DNA of 64,000 bases, taken from the NCBI GenBank assembly GCA_964016885.1, contig OZ024740.1:39742001-39806000 (forward strand), given 5' to 3'. The stretch's first letter is position 1; each line of letters starts with the position of its first letter. This DNA comes from Eledone cirrhosa (taxonomy: Eukaryota). Positions 49,435 to 64,000 of the stretch are shown here, in pieces. Under the pieces are notes generated by a model that was given only the letters and a program-made list of their open reading frames with translations, was not told where the DNA came from and did no database searches. The translations under genes were made by a program, and so were the position numbers.

Positions 49435-52400
49435 ACATACAACTGTGTACACCACACTGAATATTGAGTTAACATACAACTGTGTACACCACACTGAATA
49501 TTGAGTTAACATACAACTGTTTACACCACACTCAATATTGAGTTAACATACATCTGTGTACACCACACTCAATATTGAGTTAACATACAACTGTGTACAC
49601 CACACTCAATATTGAGTTAACATACAACTGTGTACACCACACTCAATATTGAGTTAACATACAACTGTTTACACCACACTCAATATTGAGTTAACATACA
49701 ACTGTGTACACCACACTCAATATTGAGTTAACATACAACTGTGTACCCCACACTGAATACTGAGTTAACATACAACTGTGTACACCACACTCAATATTGA
49801 GTTAACATACAACTGTGTACACCACACTCAATATGGAGTTAACATACAACTGTGTACACCACACTCAATATTGAGTTAACATACAACTGTGTACACCACA
49901 TTCAATATTGAGTTAACATACAACTGTGTACACTACACTCAATATTGAGTTAACATACAACTGTGTACCCCACACTCAATATTAAGTTAACATACAACTG
50001 TGTACACCACACTCAATATTGAGTTAACATACAACTGTGTACACCACACTCAATATTGAGTTAACATACAACTGTGTACCCCACACTCAATATTAAGTTA
50101 ACATACAACTGTGTACACCACACTCAATATTGAGTTAACATACAACTGTGTACACCACACTCAATATTGAGTTAACATACAACTGTGTACACCACACTCA
50201 ATATTGAGTTAACATACAACTGTGTACACCACACTCAATATTGAGTTAACATACAACTGTGTACACCACACTCAATATTGAGTTAACATACAACTGAGTA
50301 CACCACACTCAATATTGAGTTAACATACAACTGTGTACACCACACTCAATATTGAGTTAACATACAACTGTGTACACCACACTCAATATTGAGTTAACAT
50401 ACAACTGTGTACACCACACTCAATATTGAGTTAACATACAACTGTGTACACCACACTCAATATTGAGTTAACATACAACTGTGTATCCCACACTGAATAT
50501 TGAGTTAACATACAACTGTGTACACCACACTCAATATTGAGTTAACATACAACTGTGTACACCACACTGAATATTGAGTTAACATACAACTGTTTACACC
50601 ACACTCAATATTGAGTTAACATACAACTGTGTACACCACACTCAATATTGAGTTAACATACAACTGTGTACACCACACTCAATATTGAGTTAACATACAA
50701 CTGTGTAGACCACACTGAATATTGAGTGAACATACAACTGTGTACACCACACTCAATATTGAGTTAACATACAACTGTGTACACCACACTCAATATTGAG
50801 TTAACATACAACTGTGTACACCACACTCAATATTGAGTTAACATACAACTGTGTACAACATACTCAATATTGAGTTAACATACAACTGTGTACACCACAC
50901 TCAATATTGAGTTAACATAAAACTGTGTACACCACACTCAATATTGAGTTAACATACAACCGTGTACACCACACTCAATATTGAGTTAACATACAACTGT
51001 GTACCCCACACTCAATATTGAGTTAACATACAACTGTCTGCACCACACTCAATATTGAGTTAACATACAACTGTGTACACCACACTCAATATTGAGTTAA
51101 CATACAACTGTGTACATCACACTGAATATTGACTTAATATACAACTGTGTTCACCACACTCAATATTGAGTTAACATACAACTGTGTACACCACACTCAA
51201 TATTGAGTTAACATACAACTGTGTACACCACACTCAATATTGAGTTAACATACAACTGTGTACCCCACACTGAATATTGAGTAACATAAAACTGTGTACA
51301 CCACACTCAATATTGAGTTAACATACAACTGTGGACACCACACTCAATATTGAGATAACATTCAACTGTGTACACCACACTCAATATTGAGTTAACATAC
51401 AACTGTCTGCACCACACTCAATATTGAGTTAACATACAACTGTGTACACCACACTCAATATTGAGTTAACATACAACTGTGTACACCACATTCAATATTG
51501 AGTTAACATACAACTGTGTACCCCACACTCAATATTGAGTTAACATACAACTGTGTACCCCACACTGAATATTGAGTTAACATACAACTGTGTACACCAC
51601 ACTGAATATTGAGTTAACATACAACTGTGTACACTACACTGAATATTGAGTTAACATACAACTGTGTACACCACACTGAATATTGAGTTAACATACAACT
51701 GTGTACACCACACTCAATATTGAGTTAACATACAACTGTGTACACCACACTCAATATTAAGTTAACATACAACTGGGTACAACACACTGAATATTGAGTT
51801 AACATACAACTGTGTACACCACACTGAATATTGAGTTAACATACAACTGTGTACACCACACTCAATGTTGAGTTAACACACAACTGTGTACACCACACTC
51901 AATATTGAGTTAACATACAACTGTGTACACCACACTCAATGTTGAGTTAACACACAACTGTGTACACCACACTGAATATTGAGTTAACATACAACTGTGT
52001 ACACCACACTCAATATTGAGTTAACATACAACTGTGTAGACCACACTGAATATTGAGTGAACATACAACTGTGTACACCACACTCAATATTGAGTTAACA
52101 TACAACTGTGTACACCACACTCAATATTGAGTTAACATACAACTGTGTACACCACACTCAATATTGAGTTAACATACAACTGTGTACACCACACTCAATA
52201 TTGAGTTAACATACAACTGTGTACACCACACTCAATATTGAGTTAACATACAACTGTGTACACCACACTCAATATTGAGTTAACATACAACTGTGTACAC
52301 CACACTCAATATTGAGTTAACATACAACTGGGTACACCACACTCAATATTGATTTAACATACAACTGTGTACACCACACTCAATATTGAGTTAACATACA

Positions 52401-55400
52401 ACTGTGTACACCACACTCAATATTGAGTTAACATACAACTGTGTACACCACACTCAATATTGAGTTAACATACAACTGTGTACACCACACTCAATATTGA
52501 GTTAACATACAACTGTGTACACCACACTCAATATTGAGTTAACATACAACTGGGTACACCACACTCAATATTGATTTAACATACAACTGTGTACACCACA
52601 CTCAATATTGAGTTAACATACAACTGTGTACACCACACTCAATATTGAGTTAACATACAACTGTGTACACCACACTCAATATTGAGTTAACATACAACTG
52701 TGTACACCACACTCAATATTGAGTTAACATACAACTGTGTACACCACACTCAATATTGAGTTAACATACAACTGGGTACACCACACTCAATATTGATTTA
52801 ACATACAACTGTGTACACCACACTCAATATTGAGTTAACATACAACTGTGTACACCACACTCAATATTGAGTTAACATACAACTGTGTACACCACACTCA
52901 ATATTGAGTTAACATACAACTGTGTACACCACACTCAATATTGAGTTAACATACAACTGTGTACACCACACTCAATATTGAGTTAACATACAACTGTGTA
53001 CACCACACTGAATATTGAGTTAACATACAACTGTGTACACCACACTCAATATTGAGTTAACATACAACTGTGTACACCACACTGAATATTGAGTTAACAT
53101 ACAACTGTGTACACCACACTCAATATTGAGTTAACATACAACTGTGTACACCACACTGAATATTGAGTTAACATTCAACTGTGTACACCACACTCAATAT
53201 TGAGTTAACATACAACTGTGTACACCACACTCAATATTGAGTTAACATACAACTGTGTACACCACACTCAATATTGAGTTAACATACAACTGTGTACACC
53301 ACACTCAATATTGAGTTAACATACAACTGTGTACACCACACTCAATATTGAGTTAACATACAACTGTGTACACCACACTCAATATTGAGTTAACATACAA
53401 CTGAGTACACCACACTCAATATTGAGTTAACATACAACTGTGTACACCACACTCAATATTGAGTTAACATACAACTGTGTACACCACACTCAATATTGAG
53501 TTAACATACAACTGTGTACACCACACTCAATATTGAGTTAACATACAACTGTGTACACCACACTCAATATTGAGTTAACATACAACTGTGTATCCCACAC
53601 TGAATATTGAGTTAACATACAACTGTGTACACCACACTCAATATTGAGTTAACATACAACTGTGTACACCACACTCAATATTGAGTTAACATACAACTGT
53701 GTACACCACACTCAATATTGAGTTAACATACAACTGTGTACCCCACACTCAATATTGAGTTAACATACAACTGTCTGCACCACACTCAATATTGAGTTAA
53801 CATACAACTGTGTACACCACACTCAATATTGAGTTAACATACAACTGTGTACATCACACTGAATATTGACTTAATATACAACTGTGTTCACCACACTCAA
53901 TATTGAGTTAACATACAACTGTGTACACCACACTCAATATTGAGTTAACATACAACTGTGTACACCACACTCAATATTGAGTTAACATACAACTGTGTAC
54001 CCCACACTGAATATTGAGTAACATAAAACTGTGTACACCACACTCAATATTGAGTTAACATACAACTGTGGACACCACACTCAATATTGAGATAACATTC
54101 AACTGTGTACACCACACTCAATATTGAGTTAACATACAACTGTCTGCACCACACTCAATATTGAGTTAACATACAACTGTGTACACCACACTCAATATTG
54201 AGTTAACATACAACTGTGTACACCACATTCAATATTGAGTTAACATACAACTGTGTACCCCACACTCAATATTGAGTTAACATACAACTGTGTACCCCAC
54301 ACTGAATATTGAGTTAACATACAACTGTGTACACCACACTGAATATTGAGTTAACATACAACTGTGTACACTACACTGAATATTGAGTTAACATACAACT
54401 GTGTACACCACACTGAATATTGAGTTAACATACAACTGTGTACACCACACTCAATATTGAGTTAACATACAACTGTGTACACCACACTCAATATTAAGTT
54501 AACATACAACTGGGTACAACACACTGAATATTGAGTTAACATACAACTGTGTACACCACACTGAATATTGAGTTAACATACAACTGTGTACACCACACTC
54601 AATGTTGAGTTAACACACAACTGTGTACACCACACTCAATATTGAGTTAACATACAACTGTGTACACCACACTCAATGTTGAGTTAACACACAACTGTGT
54701 ACACCACACTGAATATTGAGTTAACATACAACTGTGTACACCACACTCAATATTGAGTTAACATACAACTGTGTAGACCACACTGAATATTGAGTGAACA
54801 TACAACTGTGTACACCACACTCAATATTGAGTTAACATACAACTGTGTACACCACACTCAATATTGAGTTAACATACAACTGTGTACACCACACTCAATA
54901 TTGAGTTAACATACAACTGTGTACACCACACTCAATATTGAGTTAACATACAACTGTGTACACCACACTCAATATTGAGTTAACATACAACTGTGTACAC
55001 CACACTCAATATTGAGTTAACATACTACTGTGTACACCACACTCAATATTGAGTTAACATACAACTGTGTACCCCACACTCAATATTGAGTTAACATACA
55101 ACTGTGTACACCACACTCAATATTGAGTTAACATACAACTGTGTACACCACACTCAATATTGAGTTAACATAAAACTGTGTACACCACACTACATATTGA
55201 GTTAACATACAACTGTGTACACCACACTCAATATTGAGTTAACATACAACTGTGTACAGCACACTCAATATTGAGTTAACATACAACTGTGTACACCACA
55301 CTCAATATTGAGTTAACATACAACTGTGTACACCACACTCAATATTGAGTTAACATACAACTGTGTACACCACACTGAATATTGAGTTAACATACAACTG

Positions 55401-58400
55401 TGTACAACACACTACATATTGAGTTAACATACAACTGTGTACACCACACTACATATTGAGTTAACATACAACTGTATACACCACACTCAATATTGAGTTA
55501 ACATACAACTGTGTACAACACACTGAATATTGAGTTAACATACAACTGGGTACAACACACTGAATATTGAATTAACATACAACTGTGTACACCACACTGA
55601 ATATTGAGTTAACATACAACTGTGTACACCACACTGAATATTGAGTTGACATACAACTGTGTACACCACACTCAATATTGAGTTAACATACAACTGTGTA
55701 CACCACACTGAATATTGAGTTAACATACAACTGTGTACCCCACACTGAATATTGAGTTAACATACAACTGTTTACACCACACTCAATATTGAGTTAACAT
55801 ACAACTGTGTACACCACACTCAATATTGAGTTAACATACAACTGTGTACACCACACTCAATATTGAGTTAACATACAACTGTGTACACCACACTCAATAT
55901 TGAGTTAACATACAACTGTGTAGACCACACTGAATATTGAGTGAACATACAACTGTGTACACCACACTCAATATTGAGTTAACATACAACTGTGTACACC
56001 ACACTCAATATTGAGTTAACATACAACTGTGTACACCACACTCAATATTGAGTTAACATACAACTGTGTACAACATACTCAATATTGAGTTAACATACAA
56101 CTGTGTACACCACACTCAATATTGAGTTAACATAAAACTGTGTACACCACACTCAATATTGAGTTAACATACAACCGTGTACACCACACTCAATATTGAG
56201 TTAACATACAACTGTGTACCCCACACTCAATATTGAGTTAACATACAACTGTCTGCACCACACTCAATATTGAGTTAACATACAACTGTGTACACCACAC
56301 TCAATATTGAGTTAACATACAACTGTGTACATCACACTGAATATTGACTTAATATACAACTGTGTTCACCACACTCAATATTGAGTTAACATACAACTGT
56401 GTACACCACACTCAATATTGAGTTAACATACAACTGTGTACACCACACTCAATATTGAGTTAACATACAACTGTGTACCCCACACTGAATATTGAGTAAC
56501 ATAAAACTGTGTACACCACACTCAATATTGAGTTAACATACAACTGTGGACACCACACTCAATATTGAGATAACATTCAACTGTGTACACCACACTCAAT
56601 ATTGAGTTAACATACAACTGTCTGCACCACACTCAATATTGAGTTAACATACAACTGTGTACACCACACTCAATATTGAGTTAACATACAACTGTGTACA
56701 CCACATTCAATATTGAGTTAACATACAACTGTGTACCCCACACTCAATATTGAGTTAACATACAACTGTGTACCCCACACTGAATATTGAGTTAACATAC
56801 AACTGTGTACACCACACTGAATATTGAGTTAACATACAACTGTGTACACTACACTAAATATTGAGTTAACATACAACTGTGTACACCACACTGAATATTG
56901 AGTTAACATACAACTGTGTACACCACACTCAATATTGAGTTAACAAACAACTGTGTACACCACACTCAATATTAAGTTAACATACAACTGGGTACAACAC
57001 ACTGAATATTGAGTTAACATACAACTGTGTACACCACACTGAATATTGAGTTAACATACAACTGTGTACACCACACTCAATGTTGAGTTAACACACAACT
57101 GTGTACACCACACTCAATATTGAGTTAACATACAACTGTGTACACCACACTCAATGTTGAGTTAACACACAACTGTGTACACCACACTGAATATTGAGTT
57201 AACATACAACTGTGTACACCACACTCAATATTGAGTTAACATACAACTGTGTAGACCACACTGAATATTGAGTGAACATACAACTGTGTACACCACACTC
57301 AATATTGAGTTAACATACAACTGTGTACACCACACTCAATATTGAGTTAACATACAACTGTATACACCACACTCAATATTGAGTTAACATACAACTGTGT
57401 ACACCACACTCAATATTGAGTTAACATACAACTGTGTACACCACACTCAATATTGAGTTAACATACAACTGTGTACACCACACTCAATATTGAGTTAACA
57501 TACAACTGTGTACACCACACTCAATATTGAGTTAACATACAACTGTGTACCCCACACTCAATATTGAGTTAACATACAACTGTGTACACCACACTCAATA
57601 TTGAGTTAACATACAACTGTGTACACCACACTCAATATTGAGTTAACATAAAACTGTGTACACCACACTACATATTGAGTTAACATACAACTGTGTAGAC
57701 CACACTGAATATTGAGTGAACATACAACTGTGTACACCACACTCAATATTGAGTTAACATACAACTGTGTACACCACACTCAATATTGAGTTAACATACA
57801 ACTGTGTACACCACACTCAATATTGAGTTAACATACAACTGTGTACAACATACTCAATATTGAGTTAACATACAACTGTGTACACCACACTCAATATTGA
57901 GTTAACATAAAACTGTGTACACCACACTCAATATTGAGTTAACATACAACCGTGTACACCACACTCAATATTGAGTTAACATACAACTGTGTACCCCACA
58001 CTCAATATTGAGTTAACATACAACTGTCTGCACCACACTCAATATTGAGTTAACATACAACTGTGTACACCACACTCAATATTGAGTTAACATACAACTG
58101 TGTACATCACACTGAATATTGACTTAATATACAACTGTGTTCACCACACTCAATATTGAGTTAACATACAACTGTGGACACCACACTCAATATTGAGATA
58201 ACATTCAACTGTGTACACCACACTCAATATTGAGTTAACATACAACTGTCTGCACCACACTCAATATTGAGTTAACATACAACTGTGTACACCACACTCA
58301 ATATTGAGTTAACATACAACTGTGTACACCACATTCAATATTGAGTTAACATACAACTGTGTACCCCACACTCAATATTGAGTTAACATACAACTGTGTA

Positions 58401-61400
58401 CCCCACACTGAATATTGAGTTAACATACAACTGTGTACACCACACTGAATATTGAGTTAACATACAACTGTGTACACTACACTGAATATTGAGTTAACAT
58501 ACAACTGTGTACACCACACTGAATATTGAGTTAACATACAACTGTGTACACCACACTCAATATTGAGTTAACAAACAACTGTGTACACCACACTCAATAT
58601 TAAGTTAACATACAACTGGGTACAACACACTGAATATTGAGTTAACATACAACTGTGTACACCACACTGAATATTGAGTTAACATACAACTGTGTACACC
58701 ACACTCAATGTTGAGTTAACACACAACTGTGTACACCACACTCAATATTGAGTTAACATACAACTGTGTACACCACACTCAATGTTGAGTTAACACACAA
58801 CTGTGTACACCACACTGAATATTGAGTTAACATACAACTGTGTACACCACACTCAATATTGAGTTAACATACAACTGTGTAGACCACACTGAATATTGAG
58901 TGAACATACAACTGTGTACACCACACTCAATATTGAGTTAACATACAACTGTGTACACCACACTCAATATTGAGTTAACATACAACTGTGTACACCACAC
59001 TCAATATTGAGTTAACATACAACTGTGTACACCACACTCAATATTGAGTTAACATACAACTGTGTACACCACACTCAATATTGAGTTAACATACAACTGT
59101 GTACACCACACTCAATATTGAGTTAACATACAACTGTGTACCCCACACTCAATATTGAGTTAACATACAACTGTGTACACCACACTCAATATTGAGTTAA
59201 CATACAACTGTGTACACCACACTCAATATTGAGTTAACATAAAACTGTGTACACCACACTACATATTGAGTTAACATACAACTGTGTAGACCACACTGAA
59301 TATTGAGTGAACATACAACTGTGTACACCACACTCAATATTGAGTTAACATACAACTGTGTACACCACACTCAATATTGAGTTAACATACAACTGTGTAC
59401 ACCACACTCAATATTGAGTTAACATACAACTGTGTACAACATACTCAATATTGAGTTAACATACAACTGTGTACACCACACTCAATATTGAGTTAACATA
59501 AAACTGTGTACACCACACTCAATATTGAGTTAACATACAACCGTGTACACCACACTCAATATTGAGTTAACATACAACTGTGTATCCCACACTCAATATT
59601 GAGTTAACATACAACTGTCTGCACCACACTCAATATTGAGTTAACATACAACTGTGTACACCACACTCAATATTGAGTTAACATACAACTGTGTACATCA
59701 CACTGAATATTGACTTAATATACAACTGTGTTCACCACACTCAATATTGAGTTAACATACAACTGTGTACACCACACTCAATATTGAGTTAACATACAAC
59801 TGTGTACACCACACTCAATATTGAGTTAACATACAACTGTGTACCCCACACTGAATATTGAGTAACATAAAACTGTGTACACCACACTCAATATTGAGTT
59901 AACATACAACTGTGGACACCACACTCAATATTGAGATAACATTCAACTGTATACACCACACTCAATATTGAGTTAACATACAACTGTCTGCACCACACTC
60001 AATATTGAGTTAACATACAACTGTGTACACCACACTCAATATTGAGTTAACATACAACTGTGTACACCACATTCAATATTGAGTTAACATACAACTGTGT
60101 ACCCCACACTCAATATTGAGTTAACATACAACTGTGTACCCCACACTGAATATTGAGTTAACATACAACTGTGTACACCACACTGAATATTGAGTTAACA
60201 TACAACTGTGTACACTACACTGAATATTGAGTTAACATACAACTGTGTACACCACACTGAATATTGAGTTAACATACAACTGTGTACACCACACTCAATA
60301 TTGAGTTAACATACAACTGTGTACACCACACTCAATATTAAGTTAACATACAACTGGGTACAACACACTGAATATTGAGTTAACATACAACTGTGTACAC
60401 CACACTGAATATTGAGTTAACATACAACTGTGTACACCACACTCAATGTTGAGTTAACACACAACTGTGTACACCACACTCAATATTGAGTTAACATACA
60501 ACTGTGTACACCACACTCAATGTTGAGTTAACACACAACTGTGTACACCACACTGAATATTGAGTTAACATACAACTGTGTACACCACACTCAATATTGA
60601 GTTAACATACAACTGTGTAGACCACACTGAATATTGAGTGAACATACAACTGTGTACACCACACTCAATATTGAGTTAACATACAACTGTGTACACCACA
60701 CTCAATATTGAGTTAACATACAACTGTGTACACCACACTCAATATTGAGTTAACATACAACTGTGTACACCACACTCAATATTGAGTTAACATACAACTG
60801 TGTACACCACACTCAATATTGAGTTAACATACAACTGTGTACACCACACTCAATATTGAGTTAACATACAACTGTGTACACCACACTCAATATTGAGTTA
60901 ACATACAACTGGGTACACCACACTCAATATTGATTTAACATACAACTGTGTACACCACACTCAATATTGAGTTAACATACAACTGTGTACACCACACTCA
61001 ATATTGAGTTAACATACAACTGTGTACACCACACTCAATATTGAGTTAACATACAACTGTGTACACCACACTCAATATTGAGTTAACATACAACTGTGTA
61101 CACCACACTCAATATTGAGTTAACATACAACTGGGTACACCACACTCAATATTGATTTAACATACAACTGTGTACACCACACTCAATATTGAGTTAACAT
61201 ACAACTGTGTACACCACACTCAATATTGAGTTAACATACAACTGTGTACACCACACTCAATATTGAGTTAACATACAACTGTGTACACCACACTCAATAT
61301 TGAGTTAACATACAACTGTGTACACCACACTCAATATTGAGTTAACATACAACTGGGTACACCACACTCAATATTGATTTAACATACAACTGTGTACACC

Positions 61401-64000
61401 ACACTCAATATTGAGTTAACATACAACTGTGTACACCACACTCAATATTGAGTTAACATACAACTGTGTACACCACACTCAATATTGAGTTAACATACAA
61501 CTGTGTACACCACACTCAATATTGAGTTAACATACAACTGTGTACACCACACTCAATGTTGAGTTAACACACAACTGTGTACACCACACTGAATATTGAG
61601 TTAACATACAACTGTGTACACCACACTCAATATTGAGTTAACATACAACTGTGTAGACCACACTGAATATTGAGTGAACATACAACTGTGTACACCACAC
61701 TCAATATTGAGTTAACATACAACTGTGTACACCACACTCAATATTGAGTTAACATACAACTGTGTACACCACACTCAATATTGAGTTAACATACAACTGT
61801 GTACACCACACTCAATATTGAGTTAACATACAACTGTGTACACCACACTCAATATTGAGTTAACATACAACTGTGTACACCACACTCAATATTGAGTTAA
61901 CATACTACTGTGTACACCACACTCAATATTGAGTTAACATACAACTGTGTACCCCACACTCAATATTGAGTTAACATACAACTGTGTACACCACACTCAA
62001 TATTGAGTTAACATACAACTGTGTACACCACACTCAATATTGAGTTAACATAAAACTGTGTACACCACACTACATATTGAGTTAACATACAACTGTGTAC
62101 ACCACACTCAATATTGAGTTAACATACAACTGTGTACAGCACACTCAATATTGAGTTAACATACAACTGTGTACACCACACTCAATATTGAGTTAACATA
62201 CAACTGTGTACACCACACTCAATATTGAGTTAACATACAACTGTGTACACCACACTGAATATTGAGTTAACATACAACTGTGTACAACACACTACATATT
62301 GAGTTAACATACAACTGTGTACACCACACTACATATTGAGTTAACATACAACTGTATACACCACACTCAATATTGAGTTAACATACAACTGTGTACAACA
62401 CACTGAATATTGAGTTAACATACAACTGGGTACAACACACTGAATATTGAATTAACATACAACTGTGTACACCACACTGAATATTGAGTTAACATACAAC
62501 TGTGTACACCACACTGAATATTGAGTTGACATACAACTGTGTACACCACACTCAATATTGAGTTAACATACAACTGTGTACACCACACTGAATATTGAGT
62601 TAACATACAACTGTGTACCCCACACTGAATATTGAGTTAACATACAACTGTTTACACCACACTCAATATTGAGTTAACATACAACTGTGTACACCACACT
62701 CAATATTGAGTTAACATACAACTGTGTACACCACACTCAATATTGAGTTAACATACAACTGTGTACACCACACTCAATATTGAGTTAACATACAACTGTG
62801 TAGACCACACTGAATATTGAGTGAACATACAACTGTGTACACCACACTCAATATTGAGTTAACATACAACTGTGTACACCACACTCAATATTGAGTTAAC
62901 ATACAACTGTGTACACCACACTCAATATTGAGTTAACATACAACTGTGTACAACATACTCAATATTGAGTTAACATACAACTGTGTACACCACACTCAAT
63001 ATTGAGTTAACATAAAACTGTGTACACCACACTCAATATTGAGTTAACATACAACCGTGTACACCACACTCAATATTGAGTTAACATACAACTGTGTACC
63101 CCACACTCAATATTGAGTTAACATACAACTGTCTGCACCACACTCAATATTGAGTTAACATACAACTGTGTACACCACACTCAATATTGAGTTAACATAC
63201 AACTGTGTACATCACACTGAATATTGACTTAATATACAACTGTGTTCACCACACTCAATATTGAGTTAACATACAACTGTGTACACCACACTCAATATTG
63301 AGTTAACATACAACTGTGTACACCACACTCAATATTGAGTTAACATACAACTGTGTACCCCACACTGAATATTGAGTAACATAAAACTGTGTACACCACA
63401 CTCAATATTGAGTTAACATACAACTGTGGACACCACACTCAATATTGAGATAACATTCAACTGTGTACACCACACTCAATATTGAGTTAACATACAACTG
63501 TCTGCACCACACTCAATATTGAGTTAACATACAACTGTGTACACCACACTCAATATTGAGTTAACATACAACTGTGTACACCACATTCAATATTGAGTTA
63601 ACATACAACTGTGTACCCCACACTCAATATTGAGTTAACATACAACTGTGTACCCCACACTGAATATTGAGTTAACATACAACTGTGTACACCACACTGA
63701 ATATTGAGTTAACATACAACTGTGTACACTACACTGAATATTGAGTTAACATACAACTGTGTACACCACACTGAATATTGAGTTAACATACAACTGTGTA
63801 CACCACACTCAATATTGAGTTAACAAACAACTGTGTACACCACACTCAATATTAAGTTAACATACAACTGGGTACAACACACTGAATATTGAGTTAACAT
63901 ACAACTGTGTACACCACACTGAATATTGAGTTAACATACAACTGTGTACACCACACTCAATGTTGAGTTAACACACAACTGTGTACACCACACTCAATAT
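49435..64000. repeat. 37-bp satellite (AACATACAACTGTGTACACCACACTCAATATTGAGTT)n, about 390 units, runs off the right edge
   Basis: Uninterrupted head-to-tail array with recurrent point variants and no spacers. Confidence 0.99.

Noticed and set aside
49435-64000. CRISPR-like array (37-bp palindromic repeat)
   Set aside because: Units are directly head to tail with no unique spacers, there are no cas genes, and the context is eukaryotic.

Overview
Repeat-rich, AT-rich eukaryotic genomic DNA. The SINE, RTE-LINE and microsatellite content looks like an octopod cephalopod (inference). None of the long ORFs in the supplied track is a host gene: they come from tandem repeats or decayed transposons. 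Two real genes appear on the minus strand when read by splice signals. (1) The first coding exon of a p38 MAP kinase (11446-11567), with a non-canonical glycine-rich loop (AYGAYG); the rest of the gene probably lies left of the window. (2) A complete six-exon gene (47775 to 28563), phase-consistent throughout, encoding a 210-aa protein with a signal peptide, two tandem 6-cysteine modules and a C-terminal hydrophobic tail; I do not recognise it by name. Its introns contain several fold-back structures, including a 278-bp perfect palindrome made of two SINEs and a pre-miRNA-sized hairpin. The rest is fragments of RTE, CR1, R4-like, HERO-like and CRE-like LINEs, a mariner remnant, hAT and piggyBac MITEs, LTR remnants, about ten minisatellites, and a 37-bp palindromic satellite of more than 14.5 kb (49435 to the end) with nested higher-order structure. 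All family assignments come from motif recognition by eye, not database searches.
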